A DNA stretch of 64,000 nucleotides, from assembly GCF_009914755.1 (NCBI RefSeq), contig NC_060927.1; one strand, given 5' to 3'. The notes below the pieces were generated by a model. The model saw only the letters and a program-made list of their open reading frames with translations, made no database searches and was not told the DNA's origin. This document shows, piece after piece, positions 25,839-43,090 of the stretch (positions within the stretch are counted from its first letter, which is position 1; each line of letters begins with the position of its first letter). The translations under genes were made by a program, and so were the position numbers. Origin of the DNA: the human T2T-CHM13v2.0 reference genome, Homo sapiens.

Positions 25839-25870
<32 letters not shown>
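25615..25870. repeat. Complex (TA)/(TG)/(CA) alternating purine-pyrimidine tract
   Basis: About 255 bp of RY alternation containing ~20-nt higher-order units. Confidence 0.95.
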
Positions 25871-25872
<2 letters not shown>

Positions 25873-26604
25873 CCTGTTTTGTATAATCATTCATTGAAGA
25901 ATGTCTTGGCTATTTCCATTTGTTAGTTATTAAACAAAAAAACAGCTATGTACATTTATACACAGGTTTTTGTGTGAACATAAGTTATCATTTCTCTGGG
26001 ATAAATGCTCAGAAGGAAATTGTTGGGCCTTATGGAAACTGCATGTTTAGGTATATAAGAAACTGTGAAACTAATTTCCAGAGTGCCTATATCATTTTAC
26101 ATTCTCACAAGCAAAATATGTGTGATTCAGTTTTGCTGCATCCTTGCCAGAATTTGGTATCATCACTGTTTTTTATTTTAGCCATTAGTTGGGTAGTATA
26201 TCTCATTGTGGTTTTAATTTGCATTCTCCTCATGGTTAATGATATTGGACATAATTTCATGTACCTATTTACCATCTGTATGCATCTTCAGTGAATTGTC
26301 TTTTCATATTCTTTTCACATTCTCTAATTGATTGTTTTTTATTTTTTTCACTGCTGAGGTTTGAGAGTTCTTTGTATAATCTAAGTACTACTCGTTTGTC
26401 AGATACACAGTTTGCAAATATTTTCTCCCAGCTTGTAGATTTTCTTTTCATCCTTACTATATGGCCTTTCACAGAGGAAAATGGTTTTAATTTCATGTGG
26501 TCTGACTTATCAATTTTACTTTTCTGGATGGTACTCTGGTATCAAGTCAAAGAACTCATTGCTGACTCCTAAATTCTGAAGTTTTTCTACTGTGCTATTT
26601 TTCT

Positions 26605-30425
<3,821 letters not shown>

Positions 30426-31144
30426 TGAATTGATATTAGGTTTGAGTCAATGTTCAGTGTTTTGCCTGTGGATGCTTACTTGTTCCAGCATTCTTTGGAG
30501 AAAGGGATATAGACTTACTCCACTGAATTACTTTTAAACTTTTGTCAAAAATCACTTAGGCACATCTGTGTGGATCTATTTCTGGATTCTCTATTCTGTT
30601 TCATTGATTTATACATCTATAGTCCCTTCAATACTACACTGTCTGGTTTACTTTACTACAAAGTAAGGCTTAATATCACATAGATCATTCCTCCCATTTT
30701 ATTCTTTTTTTTTGTCAAGATTTTTTTGACTATTGCAGAGTCTGTCTTTCCATATGAATTTTAGAAAATGCTTGTCTATGTCTACAGAAAACTTTGTTTT
30801 CAGTAGGAAATTGCATTAATCCTATAGCTTAAATTGGGGAAAATTAACATATTTACCATGTTGAGTCTTCCTAGTTACCTGTTTATGAACAGAGTATATT
30901 TCCATTTATTTAGATTTTCTTTGATTTCTATTATCAACATTTTATAATTTGCAGCACCTAGATCCTGTACATGTATTGTTGAGTGTATGTGTAAGTATTC
31001 AATTTTACCTGGAGCAATTATATGTGGTACTGAGTTTCTAATTTTGGTTTATACATGTTTATTGTTAGTATGTAAATATGCAATTGATTTTTATGTGTTG
31101 ATCGTGTATCCTACCACTTTGATGAACTCACTTATTCATTTTAG

Positions 31145-31571
<427 letters not shown>

Positions 31572-32244
31572 CACTCTCTATGTTTTTACCTCTTTTTTTG
31601 CTCATTGCAGTGGCTAGAAATTCCAGTACTACATTGAATAATAGTAGCAGAGTAGACATCCTGGCCTTTTTCCTGAACTTATGGAGAAAGCATTCAGTCT
31701 TGCACCATCAAAGTGTGGTGTTATCTGTATGTTTTCTTATATGCCCTTTATCAAGTTAAGTTAATTTCTCTCCATTCCTAACTTGCTGAGTGCTTTTATC
31801 ATAAGTGAGTGTTGGAATTTGTCAAATATTTTTTCTGTGTCAATTGATATAATCATGTTTTTATTTTTTCGCTTGTTGATATAGTCGGTTATAGTGTTTG
31901 ACTTTCAAATGTTGAAACAGCTTTATATATATGGAAGAAATCCCACCTGGTCGTAGTATATAACTTTGTTATAGCTTGCTTAATTAATTTTTTTAATACT
32001 GGGTTAAAGATCTTTGCATTTATAAGAGATATTGGTCTTTATTTTTTTAACTATATTTTTCTAATTTTGTATTAGGGTAATGCTGACCTCAATAAATGAG
32101 TTAAAAAGCATTCTCTACTCTTCTAAAAGAAGAGATTTTCTGGAATAGTTTGAATAAACTTGTTCTTACCTAGTTGTTAAAATGTTTAGTAGAATTCCCC
32201 AGTGAAATCACTTGTGCCTGGACAACTTTTTAATGAAACTTCTT

Positions 32245-32435
32245 TTTTCTTTTCTTTCTTTTTTTTTCTTCTTTTTTTTTTTTTTTGATGAGAGACAACT
32301 TTTCTCTGTCCCCCAGGCTGGGGTGAAATGGCACAATCATAGCTCGCTGCAACCTTGAGATACCGTGCTCAAGCAGTTCTCTCACTTCAGCCTCTCAAGT
32401 AGCTGGGACTACAGGTGTGTGTCACCATGCCCAGA
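32245..32435 (-). mobile_element. FRAM / truncated AluJ right arm
   Basis: Poly-T followed by a single Alu monomer. Confidence 0.8.
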
Positions 32436-32789
32436 TAAAAGGGAGATTTTAAATAATGAATTAAACCTCTTTAATAGTTAAATAGCTATCAACATGGTCT
32501 CTTTCATCCTTGTTGAGCTTTGGTAATTTGTGGTTTTTGAAGAACTGCTTCATTTCTTTAAGTTGTTGAAAATGTAATTCTATTGACTTTTTTCATAGAA
32601 ACAGCTTTTTGCTTAAGTGATTTCTCTACTGTTTTTCAGTTTTCTGTTGTCTTTCTCCCATTGATTTCTCATTTGATTCCATTATGGTTACAGAATGTAC
32701 TCTATATGATTTTAGTTCTTTTAAACCTGTTAAGGTTTGTTTTACGGCCTGTTATAAACTCTGTCTTTGTGGAATGGTCTATGCATGTT

Positions 32790-33456
32790 TATTAGTCAGT
32801 TCAGGCTGTAATAACAAAATACCATAGACCAAGTGGCTTAAACAACAGACATGTGTTTCCACATGGGCTTAATTGTGTCTCCCCAAAATTCATATGTTGA
32901 GGACCTAACTCCCATTGAGACGTGGTCTCCAGAAGGTCATTAGGCTTCATGAGATCATGAGTGTGGGGTACTCATCATGTAATTAGTGCCCTTATAAGAA
33001 GAGAAACCACAAAGAGCGTGCTTTCTCTTTTTTTCTTTCTGTCTCTAGATATCTCTCTCTCTCTGCCACTTAAGGTTATAGGAAGAAGGCAGCCATCTGC
33101 AATACTTGCAATACATTTGGAATAAACCTGAGATTGGACTTCTTAGCCTCTAGAACAGTGAGGAACAAAAAATTGTTTTTTATAAATTAGACAGTCTCAG
33201 GCATTTTGCTACAGCAGCACAAATGAACTAAGACATCTACCAATATTTTGTTCATGAATATTAACATATTCTCTAAGAGGATAGGAGCTTTCTCCACAGC
33301 AATTTTCTTTTCTTTCTGAGTCCTTGCCAGAATTACCTGTTCCTTTATGGCACTATTGGCTTTTTCGACCATGCACCTCAAAACTTTTCTAGCCTCCATC
33401 CCTTACCCAGATCTTCAAAACGTGAATCTGGGAGGGACACAATTCTGTCCATAGCA
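32790..33456. mobile_element. Rearranged MLT1A MaLR element
   Basis: Antisense LTR 3' end (32790-32861), sense near-full LTR (32862-33235), antisense internal piece (33236-33410) and antisense LTR 5' end (33411-33456). Confidence 0.7.
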
Positions 33457-33457
33457 G

Positions 33458-34182
33458 TGTAAACCACCCAACATATTTCACCTTGCGCACTGCCTAGACA
33501 GAGCCAATTTATCAAGACAGGAGAATTGCAATAGAGAAAGAGTCATTATGCAGAGCCAGCTGTGCAGGAAGCTAGAATTTTATTATTCCTCACATCAGTC
33601 TCCCCAAGAATTCAGGGATTGGAGTTTTAAGGATAATTTGGTGGCCAGTGAATCAGGAGTTCTGCTTGGTGGGGTCAGAGATGAAATCATAGAGTGTTGA
33701 AGCTGTGCTCTTGTGCTGAGCCAGTTCCCGCATGGGAGCCACAAGACCAAATGAGCCAGTTTATCAATCTGGGTGGTGCCAACTGATCTATTGAGTACAA
33801 AGTCTGCAAAATATCTCAAGCACGTATCTTAAGTTTTACAATAATGATGCTATCTCCAGGAACAACTTGGAGAGGTTTAGAATCTTGCAGCCTCCAGTTG
33901 CATGACTCCTAAAGCACAATTTCTAATCTTGTGGCTAATTTCTTAGTCCTGCAAAGGCAGTCTAGTCCCCAGGTAGAAAGGGGGTTTGGTTTGAGAAAGA
34001 GCTGTTATCAGCTTTGTTTCAAAGCTACACTGTAAGCTAAGTTCCTCCCAAAGTTAGTTTGGCCTATGCCTAGGAAAGAACAAGGACAGCTTGGAGGTTA
34101 GAAAAAAGATATGGAGTTAGTTAGGTCAGATCTCTTTCACTGTAATAATTTTATCAGTTATGATTTTTGCAAGGTAGTTTCA
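33458..34182 (-). mobile_element. LTR8/LTR8A-like ERV1 solo LTR
   Basis: TG...CA termini; gcctagacagagccaatttatcaagacagg and the reverse-complement start tgaaactaccttgcaaaaatc. Confidence 0.8.
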
Positions 34183-35872
34183 GCTGGATGCTTGAATAAA
34201 GAGCATTCTGCTGTCATTATGTGGAGTGTTCTCTACACGTCTCCAAGTTTTAGTCATTGATTTCTGTGAGGGAAAGTAGTAGAGCCAATCATGAAATGTG
34301 TCTCAGATTTTATCCATGCTGGACCTTAGTTCTGTATTTGGCATAGGACTTATGTATGCCTATATAAATTATTTGATTCTAACATTTAGAAAGACAAGTG
34401 CAGTCTCTCTGTTGGGGAGTTTACTGTTATTTCTTCTACTGTTCTGAAGTGCTTACGAAAGTTTTATTTTCATTCTTAGCAAGAATGAGATCCAGGAATC
34501 ATAATTCTATTGCATTTTTACAAAACTTGTCTGAAAGAGCTCAATGTCTCAGAGATCTCTTACTACATGAGCTACATGGAATATTTATTTTATAGGCAGA
34601 GAAATTAATGCAGAAAAGAATCATGTTTTTCATTGTCACACATTTGAGAGGAAAGGCCCATATATTTAACTCAGGTCTTGGAAATAGGCTGGTGCTTTTC
34701 TCCCTCCCAGATTATCTGGGATGCCGCTAAGTTGAACAGTTACTGTAACAGGAAACCAGGACTCTGGGATGAAAAAGAGTAGTAAAAAATCGATATTTCA
34801 TAAAACTCACCATTATACAATGTTCTCTCTACATCTCATATAGTACTTTAAAGATACTAGAATATCTAAACATTTAAAATCTTTTATAAAATACAAAGAG
34901 AGAGAACCATATCATGTATGAGTTTTGAATCACAGATTGATGGATTTACTGTTATCACAGAGGATGAAATAGGCAAATTATAGTGTTCCACTTTTACCAG
35001 CAGGTGTTGTACCTGATCTCTGACTTACTGTAAAGTGAATTTGCAACTTCTTCAAAGTCACTGTTCATTTCAAAGGAAGATTTTCAAATAGTAAATTACA
35101 TATTTAAAGACCTAAGTGACCTTAAAAATTCTTTTCATTAGTCCCACGCACTCATTATTTTGTGGAGTGCTAAACTTTAATTGGCCTGACCCATTTACTA
35201 AGTCATTCTATTTCTCTTCTTAATCGTTCTCACCTTTTCCCTTACTCCCCATTTCACTAGGCTAAAGAATGAAAAGATATAAAGTGAATTCTACTTTTAC
35301 CATGACAGGATTTATCCAGGAGATATTTTCAAGAAACATAGTATAAAGGATATATGACAAAGCAATATCCATTGCCACAAATATTTTATTGGTATTCATC
35401 CAACATTTGTGCTATAAACCTTTCCCACTTATGGTAGCAAGGAGGAAACTTTAGGGATGCCATATATCTACTAATCTTGGATTATAACTGGAAAAATGAG
35501 TCCATCAGCCCCGAAAGCTGTATCCTCTAATAGGGTGAGAGCTACAATGCTCAGAAATGTAAGTTTTATTAAAATAAAATTCAAGGGTTTCATTGATAAA
35601 CTATTAGATTTATCACAGTAATCATATTTATACCATAAAAATTTATCAAGTCACTTACTCCTTTGAAGACGAGCAACTCAGTGGGTGGAGGATGTAGCAA
35701 TTTACTAAGCCAGGGAAGACTAGCAGAGAAACTGTTTTATTTGGCCATGCTAAATTAGAGATAACTCTCAGATTTCCAAGTGATGATATCAAATGTGCAT
35801 TTGGATATATGAGTTTTGATATCGTTGGAGAGACTAGAACTGGAGTAGTATGAAGAACTTTCAGATAATGGT

Positions 35873-35900
35873 TGTGTGTGTGTGCGTGTGTGTGTGTGTG
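35873..35900. repeat. (TG)n microsatellite
   Basis: Directly visible. Confidence 0.9.
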
Positions 35901-36560
35901 TTTTCCACAAACAAGTAAAACTTATTAGCTCTTGAGAGTCTACCCCTTAAAATCCTCTACCCATGCAATCCTGCCACATTGTACAATTCTATATATCCAT
36001 CTCAGACTAGATCCTATGCCAATTAGAACCAAACCTGGGTCATAGTCACAGTAGGTATGCAATTAAAGCTCGATAAATGAAGACATGAAGTATAATTCTT
36101 CAGTCACAAGCCTGTAATGTATATTGCCCCTAAGATAAGCCCTTTGATACCTGGGGGGTCCTTGAAATGCATCCTTAACCCTAACTCTCTGTGAGCATCT
36201 ACCCAGATCACCAGATCATATGGCTACATTTTTGTTTATTTTGTATTGTCTACCCCTAGAGCTCTTACTTGAATTCCAAACACGTTCAGCTGTGGTCTTG
36301 CTCTGAGGACACTAGACTTCTGTTTCAACTCAAATGAATCATTCTGTAAATCTCAGAAACTAAGATGCTGCCAACCCTATTATAGCTGACTTCAAATATT
36401 GCCCCACAGCCTACAAGCTCCAGAAGGCTTGCAAACACACATTATATCACGTAATTGAGATATGTCACTTGCCCAGTTTGCAAATTTACCATATCACTTA
36501 GGAAACTACTGTTTGAAGTGAGAGTGTTAGTTGCATTACTCAGCCCCCGAAGTCTACTAT

Positions 36561-37070
36561 TGTCAGTATTCTTTTGGTTGCAAGTGATAGAGATGCCAAA
36601 AGGGTGAACAAGACTTAATGGAGGGGTGCTGAAACATTTCATGTGATCAAAAGGCTTCCCACAGAAAACAGGACTTCAGATATTGGAACCAGGAACTCAA
36701 TCACCACTGTGATTATTTCTCAATCTCTGCCTCTATCATCTTCCCCATCCAATCTCTACTACTATATTGGCTCATTCCAAGTAGTTGGAAACATGGCTAT
36801 CTACTGATCCTGTCTTAAGTCATCTCTGCTTAATGCTCTTAGAGAAGGGAGAAGCCTGACCTCTCACCATCTTCAGTGATTTATTGATCTTTGATTGTCC
36901 TGACTTAGGTAACAGCCACTCCTAGACAAACCACTTAGTCAAGGGAATGGAGTCATGTAATGTGCAGGCCTACCAGAATCACATGGACTTTGGAGAGAGA
37001 TAGAGGGTGCAATTATATGAGGAGCAGATACAGGTATGCAGGACATATGTAAACAAATACATCTCTAAAG
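36561..37070 (-). mobile_element. Old MLT1 (K/L-like) LTR relic
   Basis: tgtcagtattcttttggttgcaagtgatagag terminus. Confidence 0.5.
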
Positions 37071-37269
37071 TTCCAGCACACTTCATGTCTGAACCTATAC
37101 AAAATCCAGCACTTAGAATCACCAAAGATTGCATCATCCTGGTCTTCACTCTGATCCCTTAGGCTTGTGTCTCTTCATCACTCCTTCCTCTTTTATCTTT
37201 AATTTACTTTTTACCTCATGCTAGAGTGAAGAAATTTAATACTATCTGAGCATTCCTTCCATCTTAACA

Positions 37270-37480
37270 TTTTACAATGGCAGTAGATTGAAGTATTTTA
37301 ACAACGTGGGCTTTGGTGTCAGGATAATCTGAGTTTATATGCTCTATTTTCCACTTACTATTTTGATCACCCCAGGCAAGTTACCTTGTGTCTCTGTGAA
37401 AAAGGGATGCCAATACCTACCTTAGGATAATTGTTAGAATTAAAATATATAAGAAAGGCTTTTCACAAGACTTGGGAAAA
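37270..37480 (+). mobile_element. MIR
   Basis: gtgggctttggtgtcagg...caggcaagttacc...atacctacc. Confidence 0.6.
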
Positions 37481-38359
37481 AATCAAACCTATATTGGTAC
37501 GAGCCTAGGCCACCAAGCAGTAAAATAAACGACACATATGTGAGGCAAATAGAAGTTTGCAGTAGCTCCTGGGTACTCCACTGTTTATAACCCTACACTG
37601 AAAGAAGCAGCTCACATCCTGAACTGAGCGACAAGGACTGTGAAGTGGACAGGTGGCCTTCAGTGATGTCACAGAAGGTCATAAAACAGAATTGAGCTCT
37701 GGTAGCTTAGCTCCCATTGAGATGTTTAAGAACAAAACCTTTCTGCCAAAAAAAAGTCACAAGCTGGGCCAGAGCCAGCTGGCTTGCCAGAGGGCTTGGG
37801 ATATATGAAAAACAGTGATAACCTAAATATTTTTTCCAGATGAAATTTCAAAATAGATAAAAAATTTTTGAGATGGATATTTATAGTCTATTAAGGACAG
37901 GTACTACAGAAGATAAGACTCTTATTTCAAACAATGTAGCATGAAGGATTCCCGCTAAATATTGAGTTTTCCAATGGTAAAAAATATTTTTCAGGCAGTT
38001 CTTGACCAAAGGCCTTTGTATATGTAGAAGTTCCTGTGGCTTTTGTACTCCCACAACCACCCGTGGTTGGAGGCATCACTGCCACCATCATTGGAGCTCT
38101 GTTGGTGGGATAAGAGCAGGTAGGAATCTGACTAAGAAGTGACAGGGTGAGTGAGGAGATGGAGGTTTGGTTTATATAAGAGTTTAGTAAAATCATGAAG
38201 GACAGAAATTCTTTTTCTCTAATTAATATTCTCAGCCTGTTGGCTTTTGCTCTCAGGCTTTTTCCTTCATGAACTCAAAAGAAGCACAGAAGCGTCAATC
38301 GTCACATTTTCACATAGCCAAGTCCAAAGCTGAGAAAGGGATAGTGGGTGTTTCCCTTA

Positions 38360-38753
38360 TGTATTAGTCTGCTCAGGCTACCATAACAAAATACTCCAGT
38401 CTGGGTGGCTAAAACATTTAATTTCCCCCAATCCTGAAGGATAGAAGTCCATGATTAAAGTAGCAGCAAATTTGGTTTCTGTTAAGGCCTCTCTTTCCTG
38501 ACTTGTAGACAGTCACCTTCTTATTGTGTTCTCACTGGGTCTTTCCTCTGTGTTAGCATGGCAAGAGAGCTAGCCCTGGTGTTGCTTCCTCTTCCTATAA
38601 GGACATCAGTTCTATTGGATTGGGGCCCTACCCCTATGACCTCATTTACTCCTTATTACTTCTTTATAGATCATATCTCCAAATATAGTCATGCTGGAGA
38701 TTAGGGCTTCAATGTACGATTTTGGGGCTGGGGGCACAACTCAATCTATGATG
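38360..38753 (-). mobile_element. MLT1A-type solo LTR nested in an older MLT1 relic (~38200-39000)
   Basis: tgtattagtctgctcaggct start; 5-bp TSD cctta at 38355-38359 and 38754-38758. Confidence 0.85.
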
Positions 38754-38979
38754 CCTTACTCACATTCCTTTTAAAGTGTGAGAAAAAATTTTCCCAGAAG
38801 TCTCAATCCATCTTCTCCTCCATTAAGTCATTTACTGGCAAGGGAAATAAAATGGCAACACCTGTTTCCTGGCCAGAGGCCGAGTAGGTTCAGCTTCCTC
38901 TTAAGTACCTGAATACCCAAGGAGTGAATGGAATCTGCCTTCATTAGCAAGGAAGGAGAAAATGCTTGTGTGGAGGTAA

Positions 38980-39437
<458 letters not shown>

Positions 39438-40049
39438 TAATATATATTAAGTGTAACATATAGGAAACATTAGATCATATATATAAAATTCATTCTTTAT
39501 AATTCAATGTTTTACATATATAATCAAAAACTTTGGCTTGCTTTGGTGATACAGTAGTTAAGGGAGGTATATTCTCTTTCTCAACGTACCTTTCCGTGTT
39601 CCATGCCTTCATATATTTATATTACCCCAGCAAAATCAGTTTTCCAAAATACATTACTAAGAAAAAGTATACTGACAGATAGAAATTTGCATTTGAGGAG
39701 AGGGTGAGAAAGACAATTGTGAAGAATGAAGCATTGTAGAACAAAAAAATGTAGACATATATAGAAGGCACATTTTGGATCTGAATACATCAAAGCTATT
39801 TCAAGTTTTCTGTAACATAGAGAGAGGAATAGCAGGATATAGAGAGAAACAGACAAAGATAACTGCGGAACTGTGGCTCTTTCAAAAATTTGCCTAAAAT
39901 TATTATTAAGCAAAGAGCAGTCTTTTTCTCCCTTTTACTTTCGAATTTTCATAGCCCTGTCTTCACAGAACTGGAACTCATAGCAAATATGGCTTCTGTG
40001 TGTTTTTATTTTTAAGTAAAAAATACCTCTGATTCCAATTTTTAAGTAC

Positions 40050-42600
40050 AAAATTGAAGAATCATTTATATACAGTAAAGTTCACCCTTTTAAATTTTAC
40101 AGTGTGATGAGTTTGGACAAATGTAATCACTATCATAGTAAAGAAACAGAACACTGTCATCAATTCAAACAAGTTTCTTCTATCCCTTTACAGTCAACCT
40201 CCTACCCAAGCTTAGTCCAGGCAGCCAGTGATTTGATTTTTGCCTGTATACTTTTCCCTTTTCCAGAAGGTCATACAAATAGAATCATATGGTGTGTAGC
40301 CTCAGGCTTGCACATGATACCTTTGAGATTTGCTTCGGGCTGAATGTTTGTGTTCCCACAGAATTCATATGTTGACGCCCTAACCTTCAATGTGATAGTA
40401 TTTCCAGATGGAGCATTTAGGAGGTAATTACGTCATGAAGTGGAGTCCCTTATGATAAGAGATATAAGAAAGTTTGTCTCCTTGCCCTCTCTCTCTCTCT
40501 CTCTTTCTCTCTCTGTGTCCCTTTGTCCTATGCCATGGAAAGATAAAATAAGAAGACAGTTGCCTGCAAACCAGAAAGAGGGCCCTAACCCAGTCTCCGT
40601 ATCTATGAGCACCTTAATCTCAGACATACAGCCTCCAGAACTGTGAGAAATAAATGTTTATTGTTTAAGCCACCCAGTATATAGTATTTTGTGACAGCAG
40701 CCTGAGCTGATTAAGACAGTAATTGGTACAGAGAGGTGGAGAAATAGTGTAATAAATATGTAAAACTGTGGAAGCAGCTTTGGAATTGGGTAATGGGTAT
40801 CGGTTAGAAAAGTTTTGAGGTATGTGCTAGAAAAAGCCAATATTCCTGTGAAGGGAATTTTAAAAGCAATTCCGGTATTGGCTCAAGGTAAAAAGAAGAA
40901 AGCTGTAGAGAAAGCCTCTGTCATCTTAGAGAATACATAAATAATTATGTATAGAAAGTTGATTGAAATATGGTTGTCAGAAGCCATTCTGATGAAGTCT
41001 CAAACAGAAATGAAGAACATGTTATTAAAAACTTGAGGAGAGGCAATGTTGTAAAGTAGCAAAGAACTTGGCTAAATTGTGTTTGTGTTCTAGTGTTCTG
41101 TAGTAGGTACAACTTGTGAGGGATGAAGTTGGGTGTTTAATTGAGGAGATATCTAATTAAAGTGTTGAAGCGGCACCTTGGTTTTTTCTGACTGCATATA
41201 GTAAAATGAAAAAGGGAAGAAATGAATTGAAGATGGAATTGTTAGGCAAAAATAAATTAGAACTTAAAGATTCTAAATCTGCCTGTCTATATTACAAAAA
41301 AGTGAGAGAGTATATTCAGAAGAGAAAACTAAGGGTATGGCAAACCAACCTTTGTTAAGGAGGTTAGTGTGGGTGTGACCCATAGACTTAATTGGCCATC
41401 TCACCAGAAGCCAAGGATAGAGAGGAAATAAGCCACCAGAAAAACTACCAGATGGGACTAAAGGAAACAGAGAAAGTGAGACCAAATGAAGGAAAACTGT
41501 AAATGTATGCTATCATTGAAGAAAATGTAAAAAGGACTTCAAAGGTGACTTGGAGATCATCAGGGACACCACCTGGGTGTCAAGAGGGCAGGGTTGGGAC
41601 ATAGAAAGAGCTACTGCAGGGCTGCCCTACAGAGCAAAGGGAGTGACATAGCCATGCCACACCAGTGGGCCCATAAGACCAAGCATTGAGAGACAAAGAG
41701 GATTGTTCTTGAGCCTTAAAGTCTCATGGGATCTGATGTACTATGTTTTGGATTTGCTTGGGGCCTATTAACTTCCCTAGTCTCCTATTTTTTCCCCTTT
41801 GTAGTGGGAATGTCTGTCCTATGCCTCTCCCATCATTACGTTTCGGAAGCACATAACTTGTTTTGTTTCACAGGTTCACAGGTGGAGGGGAGTTCTGACT
41901 CAGAATGACTTTTACTTTGAGTCTCACCCATATCTGATTTAGATGATATTTAAATGAGACTTTGGACTTTAGACATTAGGATTGATGCTGGAACGAGTTA
42001 AGATTTGTGAAATTTGGGGACGAAATGTGTGTGTTTTTTATATCTGAGAAGGACAGGAATTACAGAGGACTGGGGTGGAGTGCTATGGACTGAATTGTGT
42101 CCCCCTGCAAAAGAATAAATAATAATAATAGTAAAATTGAAGCCTAATCCCTAATGTGATGGTATTTGGAGGTGAGACCTTTGGGAAGTAAGTACATCAT
42201 GAGGGTAGAACCCTCCTAATGGGATTAGTGCCCTTATAAGAAGAGACACACGAGAGCTTGCTCCCTCTTTTTCTCTCTCTCCTCTCCACCATGTGAGGAT
42301 ACAGGGAGAAGGTAGCCATATGCAAACCAGGAAGAGCATTCTTACTGGACACCAGATCTGCCAATGCCTTGACCTCAGACTTACACCCCCCAGAACTGTA
42401 AGAAATAAACTGCCAAATTGTTTTACAGAGTGGCTTTATCAGTTTGTATTCATATTTGCTGTATATGAGTTCCCAGTTGTTCCATGCCATTGTCAGTACG
42501 TGATATTGTCTGTCTTTTCATTTTAAACATTCTAGTAAGTGCGTAGTGGTATCTCCTTATGGATTTAATTTGCATACTCTAATTTGCTAATAATGTTATA
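40050..42600 (-). mobile_element. L1ME-type 3' relic split by MLT1A (40050-40330 and 42410-42600)
   Basis: tatacagtaaagttcaccc...gagtttggacaaatg and ctgccaaattgttttacagagtgg. Confidence 0.7.
40331..42409 (+). mobile_element. MLT1A MaLR provirus: LTR (40331-40718), internal, truncated LTR (42081-42409)
   Basis: The LTR ends in ttaagaca, followed by aattggtac. The second LTR starts tgctatggactgaattgtgtcccc. Confidence 0.88.
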
Positions 42601-43090
42601 CAGGCCTTTTTTATTAGCTTGGAAAGAATATCATCAATTCTATAGAATCTGAGACACACACAGAGAGAGGGAGAGAGAGAAAAGAAGGGAAGAAAGAAAT
42701 GAAGGAACAAAAGAAGGAAGGAGAAAGAATAGGATTGGATTTTGTGTTACAACCAAATGGTAACTTTGTAGTAAATGTGGGAAGCCTGAGCAAGAGTGTA
42801 AATTCTGGATTGCTTAACTTCACAGAAGTCAAATTAAAAAGTGAGGCAAAGTAGAGGGAAGCCAAATGAGGGGAAAAAAAAAAGGTCCAACCAACATACG
42901 TACTATTAGTAAATTATTTCACATGTACATAACATTGAGAATATGTCCAAATAAAAGTGAAGCAAGTAAAGGTATCTAGTGAATGTAATTTGCATAAATT
43001 CTGACAGTGTGTCACTTAGAATACTGCTTAGAGGATGTTTTGATAAATATTTGGAGGTCAAAACAAACTGCTTAGAAATTGACATCATGG

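Noticed and set aside
25543-25897. Six overlapping Y/I/C/V/H/T-rich ORFs
   Set aside because: Translation artefacts of the RY microsatellite.
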